Origin: Amoebophrya sp. A120
Taxonomy: Eukaryota; Protista; Dinoflagellata
Direction of reading: 5' to 3'
DNA: 64,000 nucleotides
Assembly (NCBI GenBank): GCA_905178155.1
Contig: CAJINV010000001.1
Coordinates: 5,002,747 to 5,066,746, forward strand
The notes beneath the pieces are model-generated. The model searched no databases and was not told where the DNA came from. It saw nothing but the letters and a program-made list of their open reading frames with translations. Numbering within the stretch: position 1 is the stretch's first letter; every line of letters starts with the position of its first letter. Of the stretch, positions 44,886 through 56,537 are shown piece by piece. The position numbers and the translations under genes are program-made.

Positions 44886-47477
44886 AACTACTGCTTGTCA
44901 TCAAATTTTCGCGGTTCCGTCCTGCTAGCTTCGTAGGAGACGAATGAAGTTTTACTCGGACGTAGAAGATCGCAGGAAGGTATGATGTACGTTCTGAATT
45001 ATGGACTCCACGATTTCTTCTACCGTGGTGGTGCGTATTTCTACTCTTCTTGGCTCCTCACAATTCTTATCTACAAAAATGCTACTCGAGGACGACGTCA
45101 TCTTCATCTTCTCTTCCTTGCTCTTCACATGATTTACCTTCTTGACCAGACGTCACTTTGCCAAACTTAGTATTTGTAGTAGTACTGTGTGTTGTACTGC
45201 TTGTGTAGTTCCTAAAAAGTCCTCTCTAGATGTTGTATCCATGATATGCGAGGAATTTATTTGCACCAGTGGAGACCACAGAGACTGACAGATCTACAAG
45301 ATCATTTATTAATGAGGTGTGGCCAATCGTAATGAAGTACTTTTATTTCCATATCGATATCTGATTGCTGCTGACGACGTAGAGTACTATCGGCCAGGAG
45401 GTGGACTAGCTACAGTATCATGGTGTAGGAAGCCCTGTGTCATCATTAACATTGATTATTCAGCTTGCTCGCTATCCGGTCGCTGCGTCAAAGCAATAGA
45501 AGTACTTGTAGTGTTACACGACGAAAGCCAAAGTGAGTCGTAATTAGCTCCAAATTTCATAGGGGACAGTTCAAGAATTGCCATTAAGATTAATTTCGGT
45601 TCGTAGTCCCTCGTCTCGCATGAGAAAAAAGCTCTCTCGCTAGTATTTGTATTGTTCCACAGGGGTGATTTGTGCTTCTCATTCTCATCAGCCGAGCTCG
45701 GCTACATAATGAATAGCACGCTATCTGACGAGTAAGTCTTCGAGTTGATCCTCGAATCTTTCGCCTCAAGAAGTCTTATCAAAAAATTTGGATTTTCTAC
45801 TTTTCATGCATGTAGGTGCGCATGCGCTTCAAGTGTAAAATAAACACCTAACTTAAACTTGATGGGAGGGATAAACAAAATCGGGTAACATAATCGCTTC
45901 GGGCATGTTGTGATTCACCCACATGAACCAGACGAGGTGAAATCTTCTATCTGTATTCGGGTACCTCAGAGAGGAGTAGAGGGATCTGTAGTTGGCACGA
46001 CCACGATCATTTTTCCGACGTCCTTTGAAGATTCAAGCTACTGCTGGCACGCAGCACACACACAGTACTAGTACACGACTTCTAATATGTAAACCGAAAA
46101 ATAAATCGAATGTCACATGGACTCGCTCAACCTTGCTCACACATAGGACAACCGAGCCTGCGAAAATATGCTCATCATGCTCCACCACCCTCCTCAACCC
46201 GACGAAAATCTGAATTCATCGCGTCGCCAAGACCAACGAATACTGCTGCCCGTAGAACTAGAAAGCGATGCTGACGATTTATACTTTGATTTTACATAGT
46301 TCATGGGTCTCTCGTCCGAGGCTAGACAACGAGTGCCTACGTAGCGGTAGTTTCGGCCGACCATGGTCATGTCTAATTTTTTCTTTTTCCATCGATTATT
46401 GCATCAAACCGACGTGGTTACTAGTAGGATTGCTAGGTCTAACATCATGCGTGATACATACTTATCATAGTCATGCAGTAAAAAGGGGCACCCCCACGAC
46501 GACCCAGGTCAGATAGTACCAAAACCAATCGAGTACGATTTCTCCACCCCACCTAGAGGACGAAGCCCCCGCTGCGACAATCGTTCAAGTGGAACTATCG
46601 CTCAGGCTCCTTAAGTAGAAAAGCACTGATTAAGGCAAGAACACAGAGAGGACATCCCTGCTTAGTACGAACATGATGATGCGCATGCGATTCACACCTG
46701 CGAGGAAATAAAGCGGAAACTTTTCATCTTACTACTTCACCGCAATGTGCGAAAGGTACGAAAATCCGATTGCTTGTTGGTGAACCCTGCAGAAGTTTCC
46801 AGCAGACTCGTTCGTGCTACTGCTACTAGCAGTGTTGCATTGTGATGATTTTGCACCAGCACACCAACATCAAAGAAGAAGTAGTAGACAAGAGAATTAT
46901 TTGCACCTAGCTGTAATAAAGTCAGGTCAGCAATTATGAGATGAATGCACCTTGTCATCTACTCCGAACAAGAAGTCGGATGGCGCTTGTCTGTCGTGTG
47001 TGCGTGTCCAGAATGCTGCTGGCGGGCGCAGTCGACTAACACTAAGGGAAATCTATGGTCGACAGGCAGCACGTGAAAAAGAAAGCACCTCCTCCTGACT
47101 GGCGCGAAACAAAATACTTTTGGGTCGCATGATAAGTCCTCTACCTCTACGTACAACTAACTTGAAACTCAGTCATGTACTAGTGATATAAAAAACCGAA
47201 AAGCAGGGAAGGCGTCGGGACAGAAAAACATGATAAATATATGCGTTATCTACTTAATAGGGGAAAAACAGAGACTCATATTGGTGAAATTAATACGCGA
47301 AAAAAAATAAAAAGAGAAAAATTGAAAAAAAAACATAATGAGAAAAAGTGAGGAATAGTACCGAGGCCGTCGCCGTGCTGTAAAGAAAAAAAATGCACGA
47401 ATGTTCTTGAAACAACAGCAGCACAACGAACAGTGTACGCTCAAACTTCATTTTTATTGGTGTGTTTAACAGTACAC

Positions 47478-50242
47478 TTAGTCGTCGTCATTCGGCTCGT
47501 CGTCGTCGTCTTCTTGCGGGGCCATCTCTTCGGGAGTGAGTCGCGCTTCCCTTCGCCTCTCGAAGTAGTCGTCCTCGTACTTGAGCTTCAGCAGGAGGTC
47601 CCAGTTTTTGTAGATAACCGTGACTCGCCGTACCGCTTCGTACTCCGATTTGTTGTCGGGGTGCAATATCACGTCGTTTGTCGGTGCAAGGACCTGTGGT
47701 GGGATGAAGAGAGCACGAATTATTAGAATCTTCGTCGTGCTGCTGCCGGAGAGTTGTACTAGAATAAAAGTACTTCTACACACAGGAGATCATAAGTACA
47801 TGCAATTACAAATCATGATCATCATGGGAAAATGGTGTAAGTAAGCTATTGCTATTCATACCGGGCCTTCGTAGGCGGCTCGGTCTGCAAGTGCTAAGCT
47901 CTTCCACCGTCGCAGCTCCCGCTTTTGAATGATGCGGAGCTTGTCTTTTCGCTCCAAGATGGTTTCTTTCGTGAGCAGGCGGAGCTTGGCACGGAGCTCC
48001 GTGACGATTTCTTCGATGTCGTGCTGCAGTGCTGCGAGTTCCTCCCGAATCACTGCAAGCTGTTTTCATTTTGAAAGAAAACACTTCGATACAGTACTTA
48101 TTTCCTCTACTTTTCGACAAGATGAATGCAGTACCACTCACATGAAGGTCAAGGTTCAGGTTGCTCTTTCGCGTGGAGCGGCAGCGCTTATTCAAGACGG
48201 TTTGTCGCTCACGCTCCTTTAAGCGCTATAGCACATTGATGAATGTATACTATAGCGCACGAGCAAGAAGAAGAACGAGAAAAACATATGATATATAAGT
48301 ACCTCTTGTGTGTTCTGCCCATCGTGCACGACGAAATTTTTGATGACATAGTCCATAGATCGCCGCTTCTTTAGCATCCGAGCTTCATCGGTTTTGGGTA
48401 TCAGTCCGTATTCGACATGGTTCTCCACTAGCAGCTGCGTCAACGACGGCCCTTTGCCTGTTCATTTTTATAATAATGGAATGATCAACTTATAATTTTC
48501 CCCTTATGTACTAGTGCGCATGCGCGTAATCCACCACCTGACACGCTTTCTTTCTATTCGTACTTTAGAACAATGCAAGTGTCACTAAACTTTTATCATT
48601 TCGCAGCAGCGCTGGAGGCAGTGGTAGAGCCGTAGGAACACACGGCGTGTTCCTAGGGCTCTACCACTACCTTGGCTTGTGTGCTGTCTGTTTGTTACAC
48701 ACAGCACACAAGCATAGAAAATGCAAAAAAGCAAACCGAAACCAGACTAACTATGCTGGCAGCATTCAATAAAACAACTCTCTCTTTACCTGCTTTCTGC
48801 GTCAGGAATCGTTCTGGTTCTTCTTCGTTTGACTTGAGCAGGTTCCCCTTGAAGTACTCCCAGCCCATTTTCAAGCCGCCCTTCGGCTTGTGCTCTGCCG
48901 CGTTGGCCTGACCGACGAGCTCGGCCGTGGTGTGTTGGGGTTCGTCCTCGTCCCCACACTGCAGGCGCAGGAGTTCCGCCTGCGACTTCAGTTCCAACCG
49001 GTCCGTCGCGAGCTCCCAGTCGCGCACGTCGCGCTCCAATTTTTCGATGCGGATACGCTGGATCAGCGCCGTGGTCGGGATCCGCGGGTTGCACTCCCGC
49101 CCGCACGGGGAGTCGTGAATGTTCACCGCTCCGTACCGGGGCAGCAGACTCGCCTATGAAATGCAAAAATGTCTGGGTCTGGAAACTTGTGATGCTAAAA
49201 ATGCATGATGAAAACACTTTCGAATGCAGTCCGGCATGACAACTTCCCAAAACGCTTTCTCATAGGCAATCCGCATGAGAAACTGCGTTTTTGTATGACA
49301 AACGAGGCTGCGACTTTTGCTGGTTATGCAATACAGATTTTCTACGTATGGGAAGCTAGCATTACAAGTTCCAACCTTCCAGACCCAGACATTTTTACAA
49401 TCCATATCGCCTCGCGCTCCACAAATCTCTGCTTCATCGTCTCCTGGCGCCGCTGCACCTCGCCGACAAACTTGGACTGCGGGGACAGGGTACTGGCGGA
49501 AAGCTGAAATAAATTATTTCATCGGCGTGTGAGTTTAAAGTGTTGATTTCATCATCTGTGACCCTTTATTATTGTGCTAAGCCTCGGCCGACGACGACCA
49601 GCGATTCGTTTTCGACGACCGTGATCTAATTAAGCGGCACTATCAACTACGTGACGAATCAGCTGAGGCAAGAGGAACACAGTCACAGTTACATTTGGAT
49701 TTGTGTGTGCGCTGGAGCTGGACGTAGAAGTGAACAAAGATCACTCACGTAGAACAAGCACCATTTAAAACTGAAATCAAAAGCCGAATCAGTACCACTG
49801 TGCTTGTGTAGCCCGTCCCGGAGAGCGCGGGAAATTCGTCTTCCAGGATTTTTTGTCTGGTTGGGTCGAGCGAGTTCATTTCCGCCACCATCTCCTCGAC
49901 GCTAATGTTGTCGGCCTCGTCGTGAAGATTGTTGACCGCGGTCGCCCGATCCGCCTCTGCCGCTTCTTCCCTAATCGCCCCCATCACGCCCGCGGTGGTT
50001 TGCGGGGGGGACTCTTCTCCCCTGCTGGAGGCCATTTTTCGGGCCTGCATCAGATTTCGCTTGTCCTGTAGCTTCCGGACAATGAGCTCCCCCTCCCGCA
50101 CGGAGCGGATGCGGAGGCATTTGCGCAGAATCTCTTTTTCGTATCTGATGTCTTTCAGCTCCTGCCACTCCGCGACCAAATCCTCCACTTCGGTCAGTAC
50201 CGGGTGCTTCGGCTGGCAACACGCAGAGCAACCACCACCCAT
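47478..50242 (-). CDS. Multi-exon coiled-coil protein with predicted N-myristoylation/palmitoylation start (MGGGCSACC)
   Basis: Exon-like coiled-coil ORFs at 49790-50242, 49407-49505, 48790-49154, ~48300-48460, 47860-48056 and 47478-47725, separated by AT-rich introns and one introner. Confidence 0.6.
48616..48672. repeat. Intronic near-perfect palindrome (~26-bp arms, 5-nt loop)
   Basis: aggcagtggtagagccgtaggaacac-acggc-gtgttcctagggctctaccactacct. Confidence 0.85.
49155..49406. mobile_element. Introner, family 1 (252 bp), TSD TCGCC
   Basis: TIRs tatgaaatgcaaaaatgtctgggtctggaa / ttccagacccagacatttttacaatccata, with a perfect 5-bp direct repeat. Confidence 0.93.
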
Positions 50243-51037
50243 GATCCTTTACGTACTTATCACGATATTCTTAAAGTATAAGCACAGGTGGGTGCTTCTC
50301 TTCGAATTTGATTTTTAAGCAGTCGAGGAGAAAAGTAGGAAATATGGCATGGGCATCATGATCCTAAGAAGGACATTTAACTAAGGGTAAAAGTTATTAC
50401 GAGTGACTCACAAAAAGAAAAATCCGATGAATATCATGACAGGGAAGGTAAAAAAGTGGTTTTGATTTTGTAGCGGGGGAATGGTTTTGAGTGTCACCTC
50501 CTCTGTGTCACCTTGTGTTTTGTTCGGGAGTGGTTGATATCCGACTATCTAAACGACCATCATGCATCAACTAATACATGTTTGTGTTTCTAATATCTCT
50601 ACCGTTGATCATTGCGGGAACGACATCTAAGCTGGACGAAAACGAGTACAACTGAGGAGTTCACGAAAGATTACCGATGGCGTATTTCTGCGAGATGATT
50701 GTTGTAGTAAAACTTGCAGTCGCAGTTGCACGAACCGAATCGTTATTCGTTTTCGATGTTGACAGTTCAATATCTTTCTTCTCAAGGTAGACAACTACAG
50801 TAGCATTGCACGAACCGATGAGCAGCTGTCGCACGAACCGATCAGGGGCGAAAACAGTTTGACTTTGAGATTGTTCGCGGCCTAAAGACTTACGGCTGCC
50901 TCTGCATATGAACACGATGGTGAAATTAGTCGCCGGGAGGTGCTCGCTTCTTCAGGCGAGCGAGTAGCAGCTGTTTAATAGCGTACTAGTATCTACTTTA
51001 TGATGTTCGTGCTTTTAAGTAGCTGGCGCCTAGCGTC

Positions 51038-53185
51038 TCAACCGATCGCGCCAGAGCCTGACGAAACACCACCCTTCTTAGGAGCCTGTACCGCCAGACT
51101 CGGGGAGTTATTGTCGGGGACGAACATCGTACCAAACTTTCGTACCACGGATACGTTCCAGTTGGACAGGTCGCCATTGAAGCTCGTGCAGCCACTGAAC
51201 ATTTCGAAAACTGAGACGGCTCGGAAGTTATGATGAGCTTCTCCGTCATCAAAAATGCTGATGAATAAATTTTTCAATTTGTCATAACGGCAAGGAAGAA
51301 CCATGTTCTTCGTGCCTCCACGAACCTTCCAGTCGCGTAAATCCTGATCGAAGCACTCGCACCCGAAGAACATGCGTGAAAAGCTGATCACGTTGGACAC
51401 GTCCCACTTCGATAAATCTTGGTTGAACGCCACGCAACCAGAAAACATGTCGTCGAGCCTAGTTGCACTGGCCAGATCCCATTCGCCTATGTTCTCGTTG
51501 AAGCACTCGCACCCAAAGAACATGCGTGAAAAGCTGATCACGTTGGACACGCGCCACTTTGATAAATCTTGGTTGAACTCCACGCAACCAGAAAACATGT
51601 CGTCAAGGCTAGTTGCACTGCCCAGATCCCATTCGCCTATGTTCTCGTTGAAGCGCTCGCACCCGAAGAACATGCGCGAAAAGCTGATCACGTTGGACAC
51701 GTCCCACTTTGATAAATCTTGGTTGAACGCCACGCAACCAGAAAACATGTCGTCGAGCCTAGTTGCACTGCCCAGATCCCATTCGCCTATGTTCTCGTTG
51801 AAGCGCTCGCACTCACGGAACATCGAGCGGAAATCCGTTGCGTTCTTCACGTTCCACCGGCGGAGGTTTCTGCCCTGAAAGTGAATGCAGCCCTCAAACA
51901 TTCCTCGGAAGGTCTCCGCACTGCTCACATCCCACGCACCCAAATCTTGGTCGAGCCCGAACTCTAGAAGGACGCGATCGCGGCCATGGTACGTGCCCGC
52001 GCGCAACTGAAATAGGTAAGAAAAGTTTTTGACCCCTTTCACGTTCCACTGCGAGACGTCGAGTTTAGATTTCAATAAAGCATGTGTCTGCGGGTAGCGT
52101 TCCAACGTTTGCAGGCCCAAGGTTTCTCGTTCATCCTCCGCCAGTCTGAAAATGTCAGACATAAGGTCGCTCAAGTCGCGAATGTTCGACAAGTCCCAGA
52201 TTCGCATTGGGCCGTAGGTTTCGAAGTTTTTTCTCGCACGTTCGAGCCGCTTTGCGCGTCGCTTGCCGCGTCTTGAATTTGGGTCGAAGAGCGGCGTTCT
52301 GGTCGGCTCTCCTGCGTTTACTCTTCCGACCTCCCGGCGGTGGAGGTGCCACTCCCACCAAAGGCGCAGCGCAAGGTCCAACTCGGCGCGGTTCGGGAAA
52401 GCGTCGAAAATGCGGATGAAATAAAAAATCTTTATCTTAAACCTTATTGCTCCTTGACATTGACCCGGGGCTTCCGTACTACCTGCAGGCACCACGAAGC
52501 CCTCTCGGTCTCCTTCGACACTGTTGCGCATCGATGAAAATAGGGACGTTAACGCGTCGAAGAGGCATTCCTTCGGTTTCTCACCGATCTCGTCGTCCGT
52601 TGCGTCGTGAAGCGCAATTGGCTCTACACCATCTTCATGCCGGTCTCCCGAAAGAATCGAACTTTCCGCTGAAGTAGAAGACGCTGGATTACTTCTAGCA
52701 TGATCGGGGTTGTCGTGGGTATGACTTTCTTGACATGGACTACCCACCTCCTTCGACTTCTGCAGCTGGCTCTGTGGTCCATGCGCACCACCCGGATCAG
52801 CTGCGAAGAGGTGCACGTTCTCCCAAAACAACCGGCTCGGATCACGAGCAGACGCCAGAGCACGCCCGGGTTCACCAACTAGAATTTCCTCGGAAGCGAT
52901 TTGGTTTGTCCAAATCTCCGCCACTGTGGCTGCAATGGCCTCCCGAATCCCTCGAAGGGTCGTGTGTCCTTTGTCCCACTCTTTTCCGGCTTCGCCCCCG
53001 AGCGCTTCCAAGTAGTCGCCGGTTACCGCATTGCAAATCGAAAGGCGAAATGAGTCTGAAGAGGAGGTGGTCTGCTCACCATCAACAAGGCTGGTCGGTT
53101 GGTCGCAACCTGCTGCGGAAGCAGGAACCAAAGTCGCGTCTTGCTTTGGGCGCCAGGACACGCGGCCACGCCGCCTCCGGGTCAT
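51038..53185 (-). CDS. DUF285/BspA-like surface-protein-repeat protein, copy 1 (715 aa)
   Basis: 25-aa repeats FNQDLSKWDVSNVISFSRMFFGC / FNENIGEWDLGSATRLDDMFSGC, and a YGPMRIWDLSNIRDLS entry motif. Three 150-bp units at ~51350-51810. Confidence 0.9.
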   Translation of the reverse strand: MTRRRRGRVSWRPKQDATLVPASAAGCDQPTSLVDGEQTTSSSDSFRLSICNAVTGDYLEALGGEAGKEWDKGHTTLRGIREAIAATVAEIWTNQIASEEILVGEPGRALASARDPSRLFWENVHLFAADPGGAHGPQSQLQKSKEVGSPCQESHTHDNPDHARSNPASSTSAESSILSGDRHEDGVEPIALHDATDDEIGEKPKECLFDALTSLFSSMRNSVEGDREGFVVPAGSTEAPGQCQGAIRFKIKIFYFIRIFDAFPNRAELDLALRLWWEWHLHRREVGRVNAGEPTRTPLFDPNSRRGKRRAKRLERARKNFETYGPMRIWDLSNIRDLSDLMSDIFRLAEDERETLGLQTLERYPQTHALLKSKLDVSQWNVKGVKNFSYLFQLRAGTYHGRDRVLLEFGLDQDLGAWDVSSAETFRGMFEGCIHFQGRNLRRWNVKNATDFRSMFRECERFNENIGEWDLGSATRLDDMFSGCVAFNQDLSKWDVSNVISFSRMFFGCERFNENIGEWDLGSATSLDDMFSGCVEFNQDLSKWRVSNVISFSRMFFGCECFNENIGEWDLASATRLDDMFSGCVAFNQDLSKWDVSNVISFSRMFFGCECFDQDLRDWKVRGGTKNMVLPCRYDKLKNLFISIFDDGEAHHNFRAVSVFEMFSGCTSFNGDLSNWNVSVVRKFGTMFVPDNNSPSLAVQAPKKGGVSSGSGAIG

Positions 53186-53864
53186 GGGGATTAAGATTAT
53201 GTTATGCTGGGAAGTAATACTAGGAAAACTTTATTAGCTCTGATCTTTTTCTCTCATAGCTCCTTTACAAAGGTTGGGGTTGTAGAGAGGGGAAAAGTAC
53301 TGGAGCGATTTCGTGGATTCGATCGTATGCACCAGGCAAAACGAAGATACACGAAGAGCACTGTAGGCATTTGCGCGCTGCAAAGACAAGACCGAGTGCT
53401 AACCGACCGACGTCGATGTTGTCACCATTTCTGCCCCACTCGCCAGCAAAGCCGATGACTCAGTTCTGGATTCAGGTCTTTAAAGCAAACAGAAATAAGT
53501 TGTGAAGCCCATTCCTTGAAATGCGACATAATCAGGAACCGAGAGATCACAAGCGAGCAGCATCTCGTTGCTCCGGCTGCTATGCAGACGGCTTGACGGT
53601 TGGTTAGCAGTGTTCATATACGAAGATGGAAGATACCGAGAGAGCCTTGAACAGAAACGAACCGAGAAGTCTTTGACTTTGTACTCACACAACAAAGGAC
53701 ATCAACTTACGGCGGCCTCTGCATATGATGATGAACACGATGGTGAAATTAGTCGCGGGGTGCTCGCTTCTTCAGGCGAGCGAGTAGCAGCTGTTTAACA
53801 GCGTACTAGTATCTACTTTAATGATGTTCGTGCTTTCAAGATCAAGTAGCTGGCGCCTAGCGTC

Positions 53865-55688
53865 TCAACCGATCGCGCCAGAGCCTGACGAAACACTACC
53901 CTTCTGAGCCTGTACCGCCAGACTCGGGGAGTTACAGGGGACGAACATCCTACCAAACTTTCGTACCACGGATACGTTCCAGTTGGACAGGTCGCCATCG
54001 AAGCTCGTGCAACCACTGAACATTTCGAAAACTGAGACGGCTCGGAAGTTCTGATAAGCTGCTCCGTCAATGGTGATGAATACATTATTCAATTTGTCAT
54101 CACGGCAAGGGAGAACCATGTTCTTCGTGCCTCCACCAACCTTCCAGTCGCGTAAATCCTGATCGAATCGCACGCAACCGAAGAACATGCGTGAAAAGCT
54201 GATCACGTTGGACACGTCCCACTTCGATAAATCTTGGTTGAACGACTTGCAACCAGAAAACATGTCGTCGAGCCTAGTTGCACTGCCCAGATCCCATTCG
54301 CCTATGTTCTCGTTGAAGCGCCCGCACTTACGGAACATCGAGCTGAAGTCTGTGGCGTTCTTCACGTTCCACCGGTGGAGGTTTCTGCCCTGAAAGTGAG
54401 TGCAGTCCTCAAACATTCCTCGGAAGGTCTCCGCACTGCTCACATCCCACGCACCCAAATCCTGGTCGAACCCGAGCTCTAGCATGCGACGACCATAACA
54501 GACCGAGTGCTCCTGAAATAGGTAAGAAAAGTTTTTGACCCCTTTCACGTTCCACTGCGAGACGTCGAGTTTAGATTTCAATAAAGCATGTGTCTGCGGG
54601 TAGCGTTCCCACGATTGCGGGTGCCATGTGTTTCGTCTAAAGTCCTCCGCCAGTCTGAAGATCTGAGACATAAGGTTGCTCAAGTCGCGAATGTTCGACA
54701 AGTCCCAGATTCGTATTGGGCCGTAGGTTTCGAAGTTTTTTCTCACACGTTCGAGGCGCTTTGCGCGTCGCTTGCCGCGTATTGAATTTAGGTCGAAGAG
54801 TGGCGTTCTGGTCGGCTGTCCGGCGTTTATTCTATCGACCTTGCGGCGGTGGAGGTGCCACTCCCGCCAAAGGCGCAGCGCAAGGTCCAACTCGGCGCGG
54901 TTCGGGAAAGCGTCGAAAATGCGAATGAAATAAAAAATCTTAAACCTTATTGCTCTTTGACATTGACCCGGGGCTTTCGTACTACCTGCCGGCACCACGA
55001 CGACCTCTCCGTCTGCTTCGACACTGTTGCGCATCGATGAAAATAGGGACGTTAACGCGTCGAAGAGGCGTTCCTTCGGTTTCTCACCGATCTCGTCGTC
55101 CGTTGCGTCGTGAAGTGCAATTGGCTCCACACCATCTTCATGCCGGTCTCCGGAAAGAATCGAGCTTTCCGCTGAACAAGTAGATGCTGGATTAATAGCA
55201 TCGGGGTTGTCGTGGTTATCATGACAACTTTGACATGGATTACCCCCCTCCTCCGACTTCTGCAGCTGGCTCTGTGGTCCATGCGCACCACCCGGATCAG
55301 CTGCGAAGAGGTGCACATTCTCCCAAAACAACCGGCTCGGATCACGACGAGTAGACGCCATAGCCCCGCCGGGCTCACCATCTAGAACTTCCTCGGAAGC
55401 GATTTGGTTTGTCCAAATCTCCGCCACTGTGGCTGCAATGGCCTCCCGAATCCCTCGAAGTGTCGTGTGTCTTTTGTCCCACTCTTTTCCGGCTTCGCCC
55501 CCGAGCGCTTCCAAGTAGTCGCCGGTTACCGCATTGCGAATCGAAAGGCGAAATGAGTCTGAAGAGGAGGTTGTCTTCTCACCATCAGCAAGGCTGGTCG
55601 GTTGGTCGCAACCTGCTGCGGAAGCAGGAACCAAAGTCGCGTCTTGCTTTGGGCGCCAGAGCACGCGGCCACGGCGCCTACGGGTCAT
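53865..55688 (-). CDS. DUF285/BspA-like surface-protein-repeat protein, copy 2 (607 aa)
   Basis: Close paralog of 51038-53185 with only one 50-aa repeat unit. Confidence 0.9.
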   Translation of the reverse strand: MTRRRRGRVLWRPKQDATLVPASAAGCDQPTSLADGEKTTSSSDSFRLSIRNAVTGDYLEALGGEAGKEWDKRHTTLRGIREAIAATVAEIWTNQIASEEVLDGEPGGAMASTRRDPSRLFWENVHLFAADPGGAHGPQSQLQKSEEGGNPCQSCHDNHDNPDAINPASTCSAESSILSGDRHEDGVEPIALHDATDDEIGEKPKERLFDALTSLFSSMRNSVEADGEVVVVPAGSTKAPGQCQRAIRFKIFYFIRIFDAFPNRAELDLALRLWREWHLHRRKVDRINAGQPTRTPLFDLNSIRGKRRAKRLERVRKNFETYGPIRIWDLSNIRDLSNLMSQIFRLAEDFRRNTWHPQSWERYPQTHALLKSKLDVSQWNVKGVKNFSYLFQEHSVCYGRRMLELGFDQDLGAWDVSSAETFRGMFEDCTHFQGRNLHRWNVKNATDFSSMFRKCGRFNENIGEWDLGSATRLDDMFSGCKSFNQDLSKWDVSNVISFSRMFFGCVRFDQDLRDWKVGGGTKNMVLPCRDDKLNNVFITIDGAAYQNFRAVSVFEMFSGCTSFDGDLSNWNVSVVRKFGRMFVPCNSPSLAVQAQKGSVSSGSGAIG

Positions 55689-56537
55689 GGGTATTAAGAT
55701 TGTGCTATGCTGGGAGATAATAGGAAAACTTTAGCTCTGATCTTTTTCTTTCATAGCTCCTTTACAAAGGTTGGGGTTGTAGAGAGGAGAAAAGTACTGG
55801 AGCGATTTCGTGGATTCGATGGTATGCACCAGGCAAAACGAAGATACACTAGAAGTACTCTAAGCATTTGCGCGCTGCAAAGACGAGACCGAGTGCTAAC
55901 CGACCGACGTCGATGTTGTCACCAGTTCTGCCCCACTCGCCAGCAAAGCCGATAACTCAGCTCAGGTCTTCGGCTTCATCAAAGCAAACAGAAATAAGGT
56001 GTGAAGCCCATTCTTCTTTCAAATGCGACATAATCAGGAACCGAGATGAGATCACGAGTGGGCAGCATCTCGTCGCTCTGGCTGCTATGAAGACGGCTGG
56101 ACGGTTGGTTAGCGTTGTTCATGATAACGCAGATGGAAAATACCGAGAGAACCTGGGACAGAAACGAACCGAAAAGTCTTTGACTTCGTACTTACACATA
56201 CAAAAACATCAACAAGGTGCTTGATTTTACAGATCGTCGAAGCAGAAAAATGATAAAGATAAGGAGATACCGTATACATAGATACACGAACCTGCGTGAA
56301 AAAACAGCATAAAAAGCTTTTTGTAAGTAACTCGCGATTGATTTGTTCCAACAGCGCGTGCGCATCTGTGTACTTAGATTTTTTACATTTCCGCATTTGG
56401 TGTAGAGAACAATCCTTGCGTTTGTTTCCGCTGGCGCTTCTTTCTGCAGCTGGTTTTATCATGTCGAAACTCTGCTACAGTCTTACGCCCAACTCACGGC
56501 CTGCCCGCGTCCTCGAGCTTCCAGGCCCAAGACAGCC

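Larger units (their letters stand above)
50888..56212. repeat. Head-to-tail tandem segmental duplication (units ~50888-53704 and ~53705-56212)
   Basis: Both units begin acttacggc(t/g)gcctctgcatatga...gaacacgatggtgaaattagtcgc and share CDS and flanking sequence throughout. Confidence 0.92.

Noticed and set aside
14604-49406. Recurring peptides CKNVWVWK / PDPDIF / FQTQT in many short ORFs as a protein family or CRISPR-like repeat
   Set aside because: They are translations of the family-1 TIR in different frames. The copies are dispersed inverted pairs, not a repeat-spacer array.
51350-51810. Regular 150-bp repeats as a CRISPR array
   Set aside because: They are in-frame coding repeats of the DUF285 protein, with no unique spacers.
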